The notes: a model not told the origin generated them from the letters alone. Counted from the first letter of the stretch, positions 21,273 to 31,883 are shown. The stretch is 48,979 nt of DNA from a virus (IMGVR_UViG_2529293142_000029:1-48979), one strand, 5' to 3'. Translations and numbers: made by a program.

Positions 21273-22091
21273 TCATTTTCTATCTATCCCAGGGATAACA
21301 GGAGACCACGTACAACGGCAGTTGATAGCCTCTCCAGGCAGCACCCATTCACCATCGAGATACAGCCCTTTATCGAGGTCGAACTCTTTACCGTCAGCTT
21401 TCACATGGGACGGCCTTGGCTGCTTCCCGGCGTGTGAGTGACGCCAGATACCTTTGGTGATACCTAACTTCTTCTGTCGCTCAGACTGAATTACCGCTGT
21501 AGCTTTGTTGTTCTGATCGCGTGCAATCGTCTCAGCGCGTCTGCGTGTAATGCCATATCGCTTAACCAGTTCATCAGTGAGATAGCCAAGGTCACGACCA
21601 CGGCTGACAGACTGCATGACTATCGTCTCAACCTGTGTGTGATAGTGTTCAGGTATGGATTTAATCAGGTTGACGTTCTCGTTAACGACAGCCTGCATCA
21701 CGTTCTTAAGCTCGTCATTCATTGTGAACTTAACGGTAAATCCGCCAGCCTTTAACGCTGAGTGTAACGAAACGTCGGTGTTGCGCAGTGTCTTATCAAC
21801 GAAGCGATCAGCCAGTTTCTTAGCCAGTTCATTGAATTTATGCTCCCACTGCTTGCCTAGTCTGGATAATCTGCGCCTTAACTCATTCGCAGGACTGGAA
21901 TCCATCGCCATGTTGTTTTTGTATGCGCCCTCAAGCCAGTATCGGTATGACTTATCCATCTCCCTAACCAGTTTAAGAAGCTCAGAGCGATACCACTCAT
22001 GAACTCCGGCGTTAGCTCTGACTGGACGAAGGGTTTTCCGGGTCTTCGAATCCTTCTTCGATGGACTCGTTTTCGTACTCTTCTTCGTCAT
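21273..22091 (-). CDS. Head morphogenesis protein (Mu F-like minor head protein); start uncertain
   Basis: C-terminal ...[13 protein letters not shown] motif typical of Mu-F family; overlaps portal 3' end by 80 nt. Confidence 0.55.
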   Translation of the reverse strand: MTKKSTKTSPSKKDSKTRKTLRPVRANAGVHEWYRSELLKLVREMDKSYRYWLEGAYKNNMAMDSSPANELRRRLSRLGKQWEHKFNELAKKLADRFVDKTLRNTDVSLHSALKAGGFTVKFTMNDELKNVMQAVVNENVNLIKSIPEHYHTQVETIVMQSVSRGRDLGYLTDELVKRYGITRRRAETIARDQNNKATAVIQSERQKKLGITKGIWRHSHAGKQPRPSHVKADGKEFDLDKGLYLDGEWVLPGEAINCRCTWSPVIPGIDRK

Positions 22092-23547
22092 ATTCAGATT
22101 CCATCATGTGGTATGGGCTGGCCTTATCCGACTGGCGCATGCTTCTTATTGCATCAAGATCGAACACGCCAGCTTCGGCATAGTTCTTGTCAGCCTCAGA
22201 CTGATGTTTCATGATCTCGGCTTTCTCTGCTTCTGTAAGCTCATACAGAGGCAGGAACTCAAAATCAATGTCAGGGTCAATCTCGCCAAATTCGTTTAAC
22301 TGGATCACATCCAGTACTGTTTTCAGTGGTACTCTGAACAGATTCTCCTGCATGGCGTGTATTGAGTCATAGAAGACGCGGATTTCGCCATCAGATGAAG
22401 CGTTTAGCCCGTTAGGAGTGATGCCAAGGAGCTTAACCAGAGGAATGCTTGATACCGATGCCATTTGTTCCTGCGCTTGCGCCTGAAGAGCATCAACTCC
22501 GGACAGACTTGTCACAAACTGGAAGAATTCTTCTCCATCCTTATCAATAAGGAACATTCCGCGATTGTCGCGAACCTTATTGAATAGCTCGGCACGCATA
22601 AACAGGTTTGGGTCTGCAATTCCAGACAAGGCATTCTGCATGTTCGTCTTCAGCCCGTGGACCACAAACGAATGAACCAGATCGCTAACGCTGTCACGTG
22701 TTCTCAGCCAGTTTTGCACATATGGCTCTGCCATCTGACTCAGCGACAAGCCGCCGAAGTTGTACGCCGCTTTGAGAATGTCTGGCACCTGGCGAGAAAT
22801 CATTGTCAACATACGGCTGGCGTGAACAGTACGCCCCATGACATACCATTCAGATGGATTGAAGAAATCAGGACTGAGAGGGTTATCAGCGTTATACACA
22901 CCAGGGTATGTCCACATGGCCTCGATAACGCGGAAACCATTCAGGCTTCCTTTGGTAATCTTGCGCGGGCTGATATAGAGCTTCTTATCCAGTTCGTCGG
23001 GAACCAGCCAGGCTGAGTTACCGCTTGGCGTCTTCACGTCGATATAAATCTGTCCACGCCCGAAGTAACCGTCATGTTCCGCCGCCTCGCGAAACTTCTC
23101 TCGCACTCTGAAACGCTTTAATGCGTCGTCAAGCTGGCGAATCTTATCGGCCTTGTCGTCACCATCGTCTTTACCTACATGCTTCAGCTCAATCCATTTT
23201 CGCGTCATCTCTTCTGCTATCGTGCCAGTAATCTTGCGATACTCCGGCAACTGAGCAAGTTGAGACAGATATGGGTAGCCAGGGAATCCACCGTAGCCAT
23301 ATGCGGTGATGTTTGCTGAGTTAAGGTAACTGTACGGCGTGGAGTCCATCGCCAGAGCTGACTCCCCAATATGTTCAGGAATAACGCCTGGCGGGGGTAC
23401 GTATCTCTCAATTCTACGCAATGCCTCGCCTTCATTTTTAATTCGCTCCTGTTCGTTAATAATCGCAAGAACATTCGCCAGAGACATTGGCTGTTTCGCC
23501 TCTTCTTTCTGAGGCTCAGATTTTTTCTTTCTCAAAAAATTAAACAC
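22012..23547 (-). CDS. Portal protein
   Basis: 511 aa with acidic C-terminus, directly downstream of terminase large subunit. Confidence 0.55.
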   Translation of the reverse strand: MFNFLRKKKSEPQKEEAKQPMSLANVLAIINEQERIKNEGEALRRIERYVPPPGVIPEHIGESALAMDSTPYSYLNSANITAYGYGGFPGYPYLSQLAQLPEYRKITGTIAEEMTRKWIELKHVGKDDGDDKADKIRQLDDALKRFRVREKFREAAEHDGYFGRGQIYIDVKTPSGNSAWLVPDELDKKLYISPRKITKGSLNGFRVIEAMWTYPGVYNADNPLSPDFFNPSEWYVMGRTVHASRMLTMISRQVPDILKAAYNFGGLSLSQMAEPYVQNWLRTRDSVSDLVHSFVVHGLKTNMQNALSGIADPNLFMRAELFNKVRDNRGMFLIDKDGEEFFQFVTSLSGVDALQAQAQEQMASVSSIPLVKLLGITPNGLNASSDGEIRVFYDSIHAMQENLFRVPLKTVLDVIQLNEFGEIDPDIDFEFLPLYELTEAEKAEIMKHQSEADKNYAEAGVFDLDAIRSMRQSDKASPYHMMESEYDEEEYENESIEEGFEDPENPSSSQS

Positions 23548-25066
23548 TATGCGAGCCTCAAAAGGTCTTCAGATATACGTAACGGACCATTGCCATTTTT
23601 CATCTCATCGATGGCATCCATCATCGGATCAAGCTGGTCGTCGTGCGTATTGAAATCAGGATTAATGGCTTCCATCTCAACGAGGAAGTCGTTGATGAAT
23701 GGTGCGCTGCTGGGCAACTTGATGTAACCGGACTCGATATAACCCTGTACGTCCATCAGTCGTGTGTACTTATCCTTATCGCGCTGAATTGCTTTGATGG
23801 GGCATATCGCTTTTTTACGGATGTTCTGTATCAGGCCTGTGCCAGATGACTTGTCCTCTATCGCCATGTGGCGAAGCGGCCCATTCTTCAGAGTTTTGCA
23901 CTTTTCCCAGAATGCAACAGCACGGCGTTGTAATTCATCGGCCTCCCATTTACCGCGAATCATATCGATCAGATAGATGTACCCGTCAGTACCAAGCCCC
24001 CAGTGCTCGAATACTGAGAAGTCGTTGACCTCTTTTGTTTTCTGTGCGGTGTCTCCATAGACGGCACGCCATTGCATGGGAGGGAGTACCGAATATTCAC
24101 CAAACCATTCAGACTTAATAAGCCCCCGCCTTTGGCGGTTGGTCGTTGCTGATAAAGGGCATTCCATACAAGAGAACCGCGCTGTTTGCACTTCTCTACG
24201 AACTCTCTCGGCATGCGCTCAGGAAACAGAATTTCACCGGGATTGCGCAGTCGATACACATTACCGTTGAGTTCATGAATCTCTTCCTTTTCAGCCTCCA
24301 TTGGGAAGCTAACTACGCGCCAGCGTTCCCCGCCCTCTTCAGCTAGTTTTAATAACTGTCCGGCGAGATCGTTTTGATGCCAGCGTGTCAGGATGATGAC
24401 AATTCCGTTTATCTTCGGGTCAACACGAGTGAAGAATGTCGTGTCATACCAGTCCATCACCGCTTCCTGGTAAGTTGGAGACGATGCGGTTTTGTAATCT
24501 TTCGCGGGGTCATCAATAACCCCAATGTTCATACCCTGCCCGGTGATGCCACCGTTAACACCAGCAGAACGATATGAGCCGCCGTGTAGTTCGCCTTTGG
24601 CATCAACTGGTTCCCATAGCTCGGTTTTGTTGATGCCTCCAGCCAAACTGCGTCCTGAGGGTATTTTCACGTCAGGGAAAACATCAGCGTACTTATCAGA
24701 GGTGATAATGCGTTTAACGTCACGGCTCATTCGGTCTGACAGGTCAGAAGAATATGAGCACGAGATAATGTTCCATGATGGATGCTGTCCTAACACATAC
24801 GCTGGGAAGCGGCGAGAGCACAACTCACTCTTTCCTGAGCGCGGAGGGGCAAACACCATTAGCCTGGGCATGTTTCCGGCTTTAACTTCATCCAGAAAGT
24901 GATCCAGCTCAGCACAAAGCAGCTCGTTAAACCAACCTGTTTCGTATTGCGGATTAGTGTACAAAGTGAAATCGAGAAGGTTTTTTCTTGCTGAGCGGAT
25001 AGCCAGCTCTTTGTGCAACTCATAAATCTGAGCGTTTCGATTCAAGCTGATTGGAGCGCCTGCCAT
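23547..25066 (-). CDS. Terminase large subunit; frame break at plus-strand C5 run 24123-24127
   Basis: Walker A (APPRSGKS) in N-part; N-part ...[11 protein letters not shown] and C-part [10 protein letters not shown]... join if the G run is G6. Confidence 0.8.
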
Positions 25067-25610
25067 TACCAAGCTCCTTCAGTTTCTCTTCAAGTAACTC
25101 TTCTGACATATCGGCATAACGAACAGGCCCGCCATCAGCGCCAGTTATTTCTGTAGATGTTTGCTCTTTAAACGCCTGAACAGAAACATGCTTACCAAGA
25201 AGTTCGAGATTTTTGACCTTATCAGGCCATTTGATTTTCTTCAGGAGAGCAGCGCTATCAGCAGATGCCATCTCGACGACATCCATACCCGATAGAGTCG
25301 TTCTCCATACTTTGGGCCAGTCTTTAATCGGCTTCAGTTCGCCATTGGCAAGCAGAATGTCAAGCACGTCCATCTGATCGATTTCAGTCAGCCGTCGCAA
25401 TACATAGGCAGCGTCTATACCTACCTCTTCATTGCGTTCAGCCTTTAGCTCAGCAATGCGATCTGCTATGTCAGGTTTTGACAGGTTCTCGCTACCAGTG
25501 GCGCGAGCAGTTTTCTCGCTGTAACCCGCCCTGATAGCTGCCTGAGTGGCGTTTAAATCTTTCAGGTACTCACGGGCAAACAGCTCTTGTTTGTCGGTGA
25601 GCTTTGCCAT
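25020..25610 (-). CDS. Terminase small subunit
   Basis: N-terminal LTDKQELFAREYL...NATQAAIRAGYSEKTA is the classic small-terminase HTH motif. Confidence 0.75.
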   Translation of the reverse strand: MAKLTDKQELFAREYLKDLNATQAAIRAGYSEKTARATGSENLSKPDIADRIAELKAERNEEVGIDAAYVLRRLTEIDQMDVLDILLANGELKPIKDWPKVWRTTLSGMDVVEMASADSAALLKKIKWPDKVKNLELLGKHVSVQAFKEQTSTEITGADGGPVRYADMSEELLEEKLKELGNGRRSNQLESKRSDL

Positions 25611-25741
25611 TATTTGTGCTCCGTTTATCCGTTAAAAGGGATATCAGTTAAGTTATCCCGTGTAGGGTATAAGCCATTATCAAAGCCACCAGTAGATGGG
25701 CTTTGTAATGGAGAGCCGTTGTGAAAGTGGCTCTCAGACTG

Positions 25742-25945
25742 TCATTTTTTCCCTTTCTGTTTACCTGCCCACTGTTTTGCAATGTACAGGCAGTCATCGA
25801 AAATTCGGCCTTTTCTGCTGGCTTGTGAACAACGGCGGTAATGTTCCACCGCCATGTCAGCGCCAGTCATAGCCGCGTTTTGGTCGTATCCAAGCTTTAT
25901 TAACTCGGTTGTTACATTTTTATGTATGAAATCAATCGGAGTCAT
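25742..25945 (-). CDS. Hypothetical protein (67 aa)
   Basis: ORF between lysis cassette and terminase. Confidence 0.35.
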   Translation of the reverse strand: MTPIDFIHKNVTTELIKLGYDQNAAMTGADMAVEHYRRCSQASRKGRIFDDCLYIAKQWAGKQKGKK

Positions 25946-26538
25946 GCTGGTTTACCATCAGGGAAATCCCCCATGTCACATAGCTTGAACTGAATCAGAT
26001 CCTTCACAAGCTGCTCAGCCTTTTTAATGGCCTTCTTCTCTTTCTTCCGACGAGTCATGAGAGCGCTACCTGCTTGACCGTGCATTTCAAATGAGAACTT
26101 CTCAGCAGCCGCGACACGGTTTTGCATTTCGCTGATTGCCATATCGGTCAGGCCAGAGAAATCGAGGAGGTTAATGTCCTTCCCACCCTCAAGCTCAGTC
26201 ATGTGGTCATACACCTGCGCCTGAAGCTCATAGCTGTAGCTCATTGCCATGAGGCAAGCTTCACGCTTGGGAAAATTGCAAATATCCCTCTCCACAACAC
26301 CACCTGTTCCGTTGATATAGGTATCAGTTGCAAAAAATTTTGCAGCTGCATCCCCGAGAACCTTGGGTACTTTCTTCATGAAACTGCGGTGTTCGAGTTT
26401 GCGATATTTCTTACAGGGGAACGCAAGCCCCTCCGCCTCCGCTTTGGATTTCCGATCAGCATTAATGTAATCCACCATCTCAAGACTGCTCATGGTCGGG
26501 TATTCGCCAGAAGGAAGAACGGTTAATGATTTGTTCAT
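25942..26538 (-). CDS. Hypothetical protein (198 aa), function unknown
   Basis: ORF between Rz and terminase genes; no confident motif. Confidence 0.4.
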   Translation of the reverse strand: MNKSLTVLPSGEYPTMSSLEMVDYINADRKSKAEAEGLAFPCKKYRKLEHRSFMKKVPKVLGDAAAKFFATDTYINGTGGVVERDICNFPKREACLMAMSYSYELQAQVYDHMTELEGGKDINLLDFSGLTDMAISEMQNRVAAAEKFSFEMHGQAGSALMTRRKKEKKAIKKAEQLVKDLIQFKLCDMGDFPDGKPA

Positions 26539-26673
26539 GTCGGTATTTCCTTTAGAAAGTTGAGCCTGTTCGCACAGAAAAGCCGTCCCCGAGAGGTCCT
26601 CACCTATACGGCAGTTCTCAGGCTCAGCTTTCTGAAAGACTCGGGATTGTTACGCGCTGCGATACGCTGTGAA

Positions 26674-26697
26674 ATTCAGATGTAAAAAAAGCCCCGC
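26674..26697 (-). terminator. Rho-independent terminator downstream of the lysis cassette
   Basis: Minus-strand hairpin GCCUCGC-GAU-GCGGGGC followed by U7. Confidence 0.55.
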
Positions 26698-26740
26698 ATC
26701 GCGAGGCTCATTAAATTGACTTTGTGATTTGCAAAAAAAT

Positions 26741-27178
26741 TTATTTCAGGCACTGAGTCCTGATGTACTCCTGCAGGTAGTTAACCTGCGCGGTTATCCT
26801 GTCGATTCCGCTTCGGAGACGGTAATAATTGAGTTCAGCATCTGCTGTAAGTCTTGGGCTTTCTCCATCGCCCATGCCGCTGGCTCCGGTCGTTGACTTT
26901 GCACAGGTGGCGGCGACTTGCAGGCGCTTACGACCAGCAGAAACATCAGCACGGAGACTTTCGATAGTCGCGTTAGCATCAGCAAGCTCCTTTGTGTATC
27001 TGGCATCGAGTTCTGCTACATCACGTTGACGCTTCTGCATGTCAGCGATAATGGATGTGGCTTTATCGCGCTGCTCTTTGTAGGTAATGGCGTTATCACG
27101 GTAATGATTAACAGACCATGACAGGCAGACGATGATGCAGATAACCAGAGCGGAGATAATCGCGGTTACTCTGCTCAT
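26741..27178 (-). CDS. Rz: Spanin inner-membrane subunit Rz
   Basis: N-terminal TM segment plus coiled-coil; near-identical to recalled lambda Rz N-terminus ([21 protein letters not shown]). Confidence 0.85.
   Translation of the reverse strand: MSRVTAIISALVICIIVCLSWSVNHYRDNAITYKEQRDKATSIIADMQKRQRDVAELDARYTKELADANATIESLRADVSAGRKRLQVAATCAKSTTGASGMGDGESPRLTADAELNYYRLRSGIDRITAQVNYLQEYIRTQCLK
26794..26979 (-). CDS. Rz1: Spanin outer-membrane lipoprotein Rz1, embedded in Rz in the +1 frame
   Basis: Lipobox LLVVSAC followed by Pro-rich segment; fully inside Rz. Confidence 0.7.
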   Translation of the reverse strand: MLTRLSKVSVLMFLLVVSACKSPPPVQSQRPEPAAWAMEKAQDLQQMLNSIITVSEAESTG

Positions 27179-27651
27179 ACCTCAATCTCTCTGACCGTTC
27201 CGCCAGCTTCTTTGAATTTTGCAATCAGGCTGTCAGCCTTATGCTCGAACTGACCATAACCAGCGCCCGGTAGTGAAGCCCAGATATTGCTGCAACGGTC
27301 TATAGCCTGACGAATATCACCGCGATCAATCATTGGTAAAGCGCCACGCTCTTTAATCTGCTGCAATGCCACAGCGTCCTGGCTTTTCGGAGAGAAGTCT
27401 TTCAGGCCAAGCTGCTTGCGGTAGGCATCCCACCAACGGGAAAGAAGCTGGTAACGTCCGGCTGCTGTTGATTTGAGTTTGAGGTTTAGCGTGACAAGTT
27501 TGCGAGGGTGATCAGAGTAATCAGTGAATAGCTCTCCGCCTACAATGACGTCATAACCATGATTTCTGGTTTTCTGCCGTCCGTTATCAGTTCCCTCCGA
27601 CCACGCCAGCATATCGAGGAACGCCTTACGTTGATTATTGATTTCCACCAT
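27175..27651 (-). CDS. R: Endolysin R (lytic transglycosylase)
   Basis: 158 aa; [39 protein letters not shown]... matches recalled lambda R almost residue for residue. Confidence 0.95.
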   Translation of the reverse strand: MVEINNQRKAFLDMLAWSEGTDNGRQKTRNHGYDVIVGGELFTDYSDHPRKLVTLNLKLKSTAAGRYQLLSRWWDAYRKQLGLKDFSPKSQDAVALQQIKERGALPMIDRGDIRQAIDRCSNIWASLPGAGYGQFEHKADSLIAKFKEAGGTVREIEV

Positions 27652-27958
27652 CTTCTACTCCGGCTTTTTTAGCAGCGAAGCGTTTGATAAGCGAACCAAT
27701 CGAGTCAGTACCGATGTAGCCGATGAACACGCTCGTTATATAAGCGAGATTGCTACTTAGTCCGGCGAAGTCGAGAAGGTCACGAATGAACCAGGCGATA
27801 ATGGCGCACATCGTTGCGTCGATTACTGTTTTTGTAAACGCACCGCCATTATATCTGCCGCGAAGGTACGCCATCGCAAACGCAAGGATTGCCCCGATGC
27901 CTTGTTCCTTTGCCGCGAGAATGGCGGCTAACAGGTCATGTTTTTCTGGCATCTTCAT
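27635..27958 (-). CDS. S: Class I holin S with dual start (Met1-Lys2-Met3)
   Basis: 107 aa; [39 protein letters not shown]... matches recalled lambda S. Confidence 0.95.
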   Translation of the reverse strand: MKMPEKHDLLAAILAAKEQGIGAILAFAMAYLRGRYNGGAFTKTVIDATMCAIIAWFIRDLLDFAGLSSNLAYITSVFIGYIGTDSIGSLIKRFAAKKAGVEDGGNQ

Positions 27959-28542
27959 GTCTTACCCCCAATAAGGGGATTTGCTCTATTTAATTAGGAA
28001 TAATGTCGATTACTGATAGAACAAATCCAGGCTACTGTGTTTAGTAATCAGATTTGTTCGTGACCGATATGCACGGGCAAAACGGCAGGAGGTTGTTAGC
28101 GCAGCCTCTTGCCCCCCACGCTTTCACGAAGGTCATGTGTAGAAGGCCGCAGCATAACTATCACTGATGAATTCAGGATAGCCAGTGGCTACGGCTCAGT
28201 TTGGGTTGTGCTGTTGCTGGGCGGCGATGACGCCTGTACGCATTTGGTGATCAGGTTCTGCTTCCGGTATTCGCTTAATTCAGCACAACGGAAAGAGCAC
28301 TCGGTGCATTTAAGCCAAGCCCCATAATGGAGAATGCTCTTACCTGTTGTGAAAACAAAAAAGCCCCGACGTTTCTGCCGAGGCTCTTACCTAATCTAGC
28401 CAGTATGTCGACCCTAAATATTATCGACGACCGGGGAAATCAGGATTTCAATTTCGCTGCTCAGTTCGCTTTTGCTCCGAGCATATACGAAAAATACCAC
28501 TTTCATTTCTCGGAAGCAACGCATTTACAAAATTATTTCAGT
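27959..28542 (-). promoter_or_regulatory. Late regulatory region between Q-like gene and S (pR'/qut-type promoter, short leader RNA, tR'-like terminator)
   Basis: 27959-28320 matches the recalled lambda Q-S intergenic sequence; 28321-28542 is non-lambda and carries candidate -35 TTGCTT / -10 TATTTT elements. Confidence 0.55.
28353..28384 (-). terminator. tR'-like rho-independent terminator
   Basis: Minus-strand hairpin GCCUCGGC-AGAAAC-GUCGGGGC (two G-U pairs) followed by U-rich tract, ~160-190 nt downstream of the Q-like stop. Confidence 0.5.
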
Positions 28543-29157
28543 TCAGGCCGCTATTAATGGAATTTCTTTCTCCAATTCTCGTTTCATTGCATAAAACATT
28601 TCTGACTCCAGCACTTTCTCACACCACACCACTCGCTTACGACAATACTGAATATCAGCACCTGTTATATAAGAAATCATCCTGGCTATATCTTGCGTGC
28701 AATTGCGATTGCAATATCGCTTAATAGCTACATCGCGGACAGGGCTTTCACGGTGAAACGTCTTGACCATCACACGTTCAACGAAAGCCGCATCATCTGA
28801 TTCTTTGGCGAGAGTGATGATGTGGCTAAACGATGATTGAGGAATGACCAGTTCGCGAGCTTTCTTGTATAGCTCATCTCCGCGCAGCCCATCTTCTTCG
28901 TACAGGCGCATGACGACAGACTCTATCTGCTTAGCCTTGTCATCGCTCCACTGACTGCGAATCATCAGACGACCGATAACGTTAATTGCACCACCTGGAG
29001 AGCAATCTCCGGCGTTAACCTTGCCCCATACCTGTAACATGTAATGAACCCATGCTTTCTGGCTAGAGTTGATGGTTTTCTTCGGATGTCTCCATACGCG
29101 GCGAAAGTGCGCGTCATTAATGAAGTTAACCATGCTGAATACTGGAGTTAACCGCAT
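28543..29157 (-). CDS. Late-gene antiterminator, Q-like (non-lambda type)
   Basis: Positioned immediately upstream of pR'-S-R-Rz; Cys-rich segments; start placed at Met after the upstream small ORF (GGAGG-N-ATG); assignment mainly positional. Confidence 0.45.
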   Translation of the reverse strand: MRLTPVFSMVNFINDAHFRRVWRHPKKTINSSQKAWVHYMLQVWGKVNAGDCSPGGAINVIGRLMIRSQWSDDKAKQIESVVMRLYEEDGLRGDELYKKARELVIPQSSFSHIITLAKESDDAAFVERVMVKTFHRESPVRDVAIKRYCNRNCTQDIARMISYITGADIQYCRKRVVWCEKVLESEMFYAMKRELEKEIPLIAA

Positions 29158-29300
29158 CAGACCTCCCATCCTTTGCAATGACACCACACTTCAAACATTC
29201 GTTTCACAATTTCACGACAGTAGAAACCGTCAACATCTCGCGTCAGGTCATAGCGATTGCCGTAACGCTGACGCACATATCGTTCGAATGCTTTGTTCAT
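29158..29300 (-). CDS. Small protein (47 aa) between rusA and the Q-like gene
   Basis: ATG overlaps rusA stop (ATGA); not in the ORF track because under 60 aa. Confidence 0.35.
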
Positions 29301-29659
29301 ACGTTCTCCAGTTCGGTGATTTTTATTCCAAGCCTTCCGCCTGGTACTTTCACGCCACGAATTACGCGAATGTCATCGAATTGCTCGTCGTCTTCCGCAA
29401 ATCCGGCGTGGATAAGGGAGTCGAGTAAACCCTTCAGGATGTTATCGAGGTCGCGGCGGCGGGAGTCTGGAACGTATGCGATGACTTTGATACGGAGTCG
29501 TGATTTGGTGAAAATGTCTAACTTGAGTTGGCGGATGATTTGCTGAACGTCTTTTCGGTATTTCTGGCCTTTATCGCTTATGTAATATTGGCTTCCCCGT
29601 CTTCGCCAGTAGGTATTCACCGACGGCGGGTATGGAAGCACAAACTGATATTCGTTCAT
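29297..29659 (-). CDS. rusA: Holliday junction resolvase RusA
   Basis: 120 aa; motifs YPPSVNTYW and DSRRRDLDN characteristic of RusA. Confidence 0.85.
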   Translation of the reverse strand: MNEYQFVLPYPPSVNTYWRRRGSQYYISDKGQKYRKDVQQIIRQLKLDIFTKSRLRIKVIAYVPDSRRRDLDNILKGLLDSLIHAGFAEDDEQFDDIRVIRGVKVPGGRLGIKITELENV

Positions 29660-29946
29660 GACTTAATCTTCCCCTCCCTCAGCAGTATCGCCTGCGTTCT
29701 GATCACGCCTTCGAGGTGGTAAAGTCTGGCGTCTTTGTTGTCGAGATTATGGGTGCGTCGGTCGATTTCATCGTGACACGCGCTACAAGCCCATGCGCCG
29801 ATCAGGTCGTCAGGCTTCATTCCAGTTCCGCAAATTCCAGCCATCCGGTAATGTGCCAGAACTGTAGTTTCAGGATTGCCATTGCATACGCCGTAAATAC
29901 GTACCTGACATTCTCTGCCGCGCGCTTCTTTGCGTAGGTTAGCCAT
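29656..29946 (-). CDS. DUF1364-family protein (YbcO-like putative nuclease)
   Basis: 96 aa with Cys/His motif (CQVRIYGVCNG...CSACHDEID); immediately upstream of rusA as in DLP12-type nin regions. Confidence 0.55.
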   Translation of the reverse strand: MANLRKEARGRECQVRIYGVCNGNPETTVLAHYRMAGICGTGMKPDDLIGAWACSACHDEIDRRTHNLDNKDARLYHLEGVIRTQAILLREGKIKS

Positions 29947-30674
29947 TAAGCAGCCTCCCCTGTTACTTTCAGCATTCCGTTATCGAGCAGCTTTCTGGTC
30001 AGCCACTGTTGACCACGCCCGGTTATTTTTGTGGTGAACGATATCTGTATTCCGTGATTTGTGTTGACCGCTGTTTCTTTCACTGTGAAATAGCCGCGAT
30101 CCATATATTCCTGCATTGGCACATTTCGCCGGGAACCTGAAGCAATAAGGATTTTGTGATCGCGCATCCACGCAAACAGTTTGTTTGGACCAATACCAAC
30201 AACTTTTGCAAAGTTTCCAATCAAAATTCCGCTGGCCTCGCCAACGCGATCGGCAAAATCAACTTTAGGTGCTGCGAGAGCAAGCTGTTTCTCCAGTTCA
30301 GCCTTCTGGTCTTCAAGGTCAGCCGCGAGGCGCAATGCTTCAGAGAAGGTTTGTGGGATTTTCGCGGTTGCCCCTTCGAGTTCTCGCCAGCGGTCAACAA
30401 GGCGAGCGGTGAACTCTGGCGACAACTGGGCGACGACAATGATACTATCGCGCTTACCTTGTTCGCCTTCGAATATATACACGCTTGTGAATTTGTTAGG
30501 GCTAATTGTTTGTTTATTTTCAACTTTTTGCATTGGAGGAAGTTGAATCACCCCACGCTTTGCCAGACGTTCTATTGATATTCTGACATTACCGTGTTGG
30601 CTTCCCACCAACTCAGCGATTTCAATGCTTGTCATTTTGATGGCATTGTTATTTATCAGCTCATTCATTGTCAT
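29946..30674 (-). CDS. Antirepressor with Rha-like N-terminal domain and KilAC-like C-terminal domain
   Basis: N-terminal TSIEIAELVGSQHGNVRISIERL resembles Rha domain; C-terminal region resembles KilAC. Confidence 0.55.
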   Translation of the reverse strand: MTMNELINNNAIKMTSIEIAELVGSQHGNVRISIERLAKRGVIQLPPMQKVENKQTISPNKFTSVYIFEGEQGKRDSIIVVAQLSPEFTARLVDRWRELEGATAKIPQTFSEALRLAADLEDQKAELEKQLALAAPKVDFADRVGEASGILIGNFAKVVGIGPNKLFAWMRDHKILIASGSRRNVPMQEYMDRGYFTVKETAVNTNHGIQISFTTKITGRGQQWLTRKLLDNGMLKVTGEAA

Positions 30675-30701
30675 GTCCTCTCACATTGAAAATTCAGCAA
30701 T

Positions 30702-30726
30702 AAAAAACCCAGCCGAAGCTGGGTTT
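30702..30726 (-). terminator. Rho-independent terminator, same sequence as the 8960-8984 element
   Basis: AAAAAACCCAGCCGAAGCTGGGTTT read directly; between the ORF6N-like and Rha/KilAC genes. Confidence 0.55.
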
Positions 30727-30742
30727 GTTAAGTTGTCAATTG

Positions 30743-31423
30743 TCAGTAGCGATGCAGTGAAGGCGGCAACTCTTTGTTATTAAGCCTTTCCCATGCCAGA
30801 AGGTTCGTCGGCCCGTCAGGCTCATAAATATCTATATCCCGCGTGTGATTAATTAAAACGCCCCTCGCCCTCCCGATGATATACGAGAACTCATAGCCGT
30901 AGTCGTGGCATATGCCGGAATAGCCAGACTGAATCAGTTTTAATGCGGGATACAACTCACGGAACAATGCCTGTGAGCGGTTGGCATAATCCCACAGCCA
31001 TACAAGGATGTCTGTTTCTTTTGCGGAAAGCCCGTTGGGCTTCTTCTCTTGTTTGCCAGTATTTTTCTCGCACTGGCTGAAATAGCAGTCTTCCAGTTTT
31101 TCGAACACATCCCACGCCTGATCGGTTTCGAGCATTTTTGCATGACGGGCTGCTCCGCGTTCTGTCCAGAGGATAAGGGAGCGGGCTTTGGGAGATATGG
31201 GGTTTTGTGACTTACTTAAAGTAAGTCGCAAATTTTTTAATTCCTCACCAGATGCTTTAAAAAAGTGCTTTCCTTCGACAAAACGCTCTTTGTTTCTGGT
31301 GAAGTTAACCTGGATGTTCAGAATTTCTGTGCCATAAAGCTGCGCCAAAAGTTCGGTGGTAATAACAGGAATCTGGTTATGGGTGATCGGGGAGAGAGTT
31401 TCAACAGAGATTTGAGTTGTCAT
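30743..31423 (-). CDS. ORF6N-domain-like phage protein (putative antirepressor/regulatory)
   Basis: N-terminal [14 protein letters not shown]...[23 protein letters not shown] resembles ORF6N-type domains. Confidence 0.45.
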   Translation of the reverse strand: MTTQISVETLSPITHNQIPVITTELLAQLYGTEILNIQVNFTRNKERFVEGKHFFKASGEELKNLRLTLSKSQNPISPKARSLILWTERGAARHAKMLETDQAWDVFEKLEDCYFSQCEKNTGKQEKKPNGLSAKETDILVWLWDYANRSQALFRELYPALKLIQSGYSGICHDYGYEFSYIIGRARGVLINHTRDIDIYEPDGPTNLLAWERLNNKELPPSLHRY

Positions 31424-31586
31424 AATGACGCCCTCGAGTGGTTTCTAAACTATCACCACCGTCAGGTTCCTAATCATCGGGTGGTGAGACGTACAGGGTT
31501 AGGAACTACCGGGAAACCAACCGGCGAGCTTTTCAGCTCCCCCATACGCCCCACCATAATTCAGATGTGCGCGTGCATACGACAAT

Positions 31587-31608
31587 AAAAAACACGCTCG
31601 CGGCGTGT
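31587..31608 (-). terminator. Candidate rho-independent terminator
   Basis: Plus-strand A6 then ACACGC-TCG-GCGTGT hairpin, giving hairpin plus U6 on the minus strand. Confidence 0.4.
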
Positions 31609-31700
31609 GTCTGTCGCGGTCTCTATCCGGGGTTCCTAATCCCGACGCCAGATTTTGCTGGCGCGTGAAGAATATAGCCCCAAATAAATCATCGCGTCAA

Positions 31701-31883
31701 TCACCTTGTATTCCTCGCACGATGTCTTAGCCACCGGATATCCCACAGGTGAGCCGTGTAATTGAAGGTTTTTACGTCAGATTCTTTTGGGATTGGCTTG
31801 CGTTTATTTCTGGAGCGTTTCGTTGGAAGGTATTTGCAGTTTTCGCAGATTATGTCGGTGATACTTCGTCGCTGTCGCCTCAT
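31701..31883 (-). CDS. Small basic hypothetical protein (60 aa)
   Basis: ORF whose start overlaps the stop of the PAPS-reductase-like gene. Confidence 0.3.
   Translation of the reverse strand: MRRQRRSITDIICENCKYLPTKRSRNKRKPIPKESDVKTFNYTAHLWDIRWLRHRARNTR

Noticed and set aside
25942-26538. Rha-family regulator assignment for the 198-aa protein between Rz and the terminase
   Set aside because: Similarity to the Rha motif was too weak by eye; the clear Rha-like N-terminus is in the 29946-30674 gene instead.
28109-28327. 72-aa plus-strand ORF in the Q-S intergenic region
   Set aside because: Antisense to a region matching the lambda late leader/terminator; no SD; treated as non-coding.
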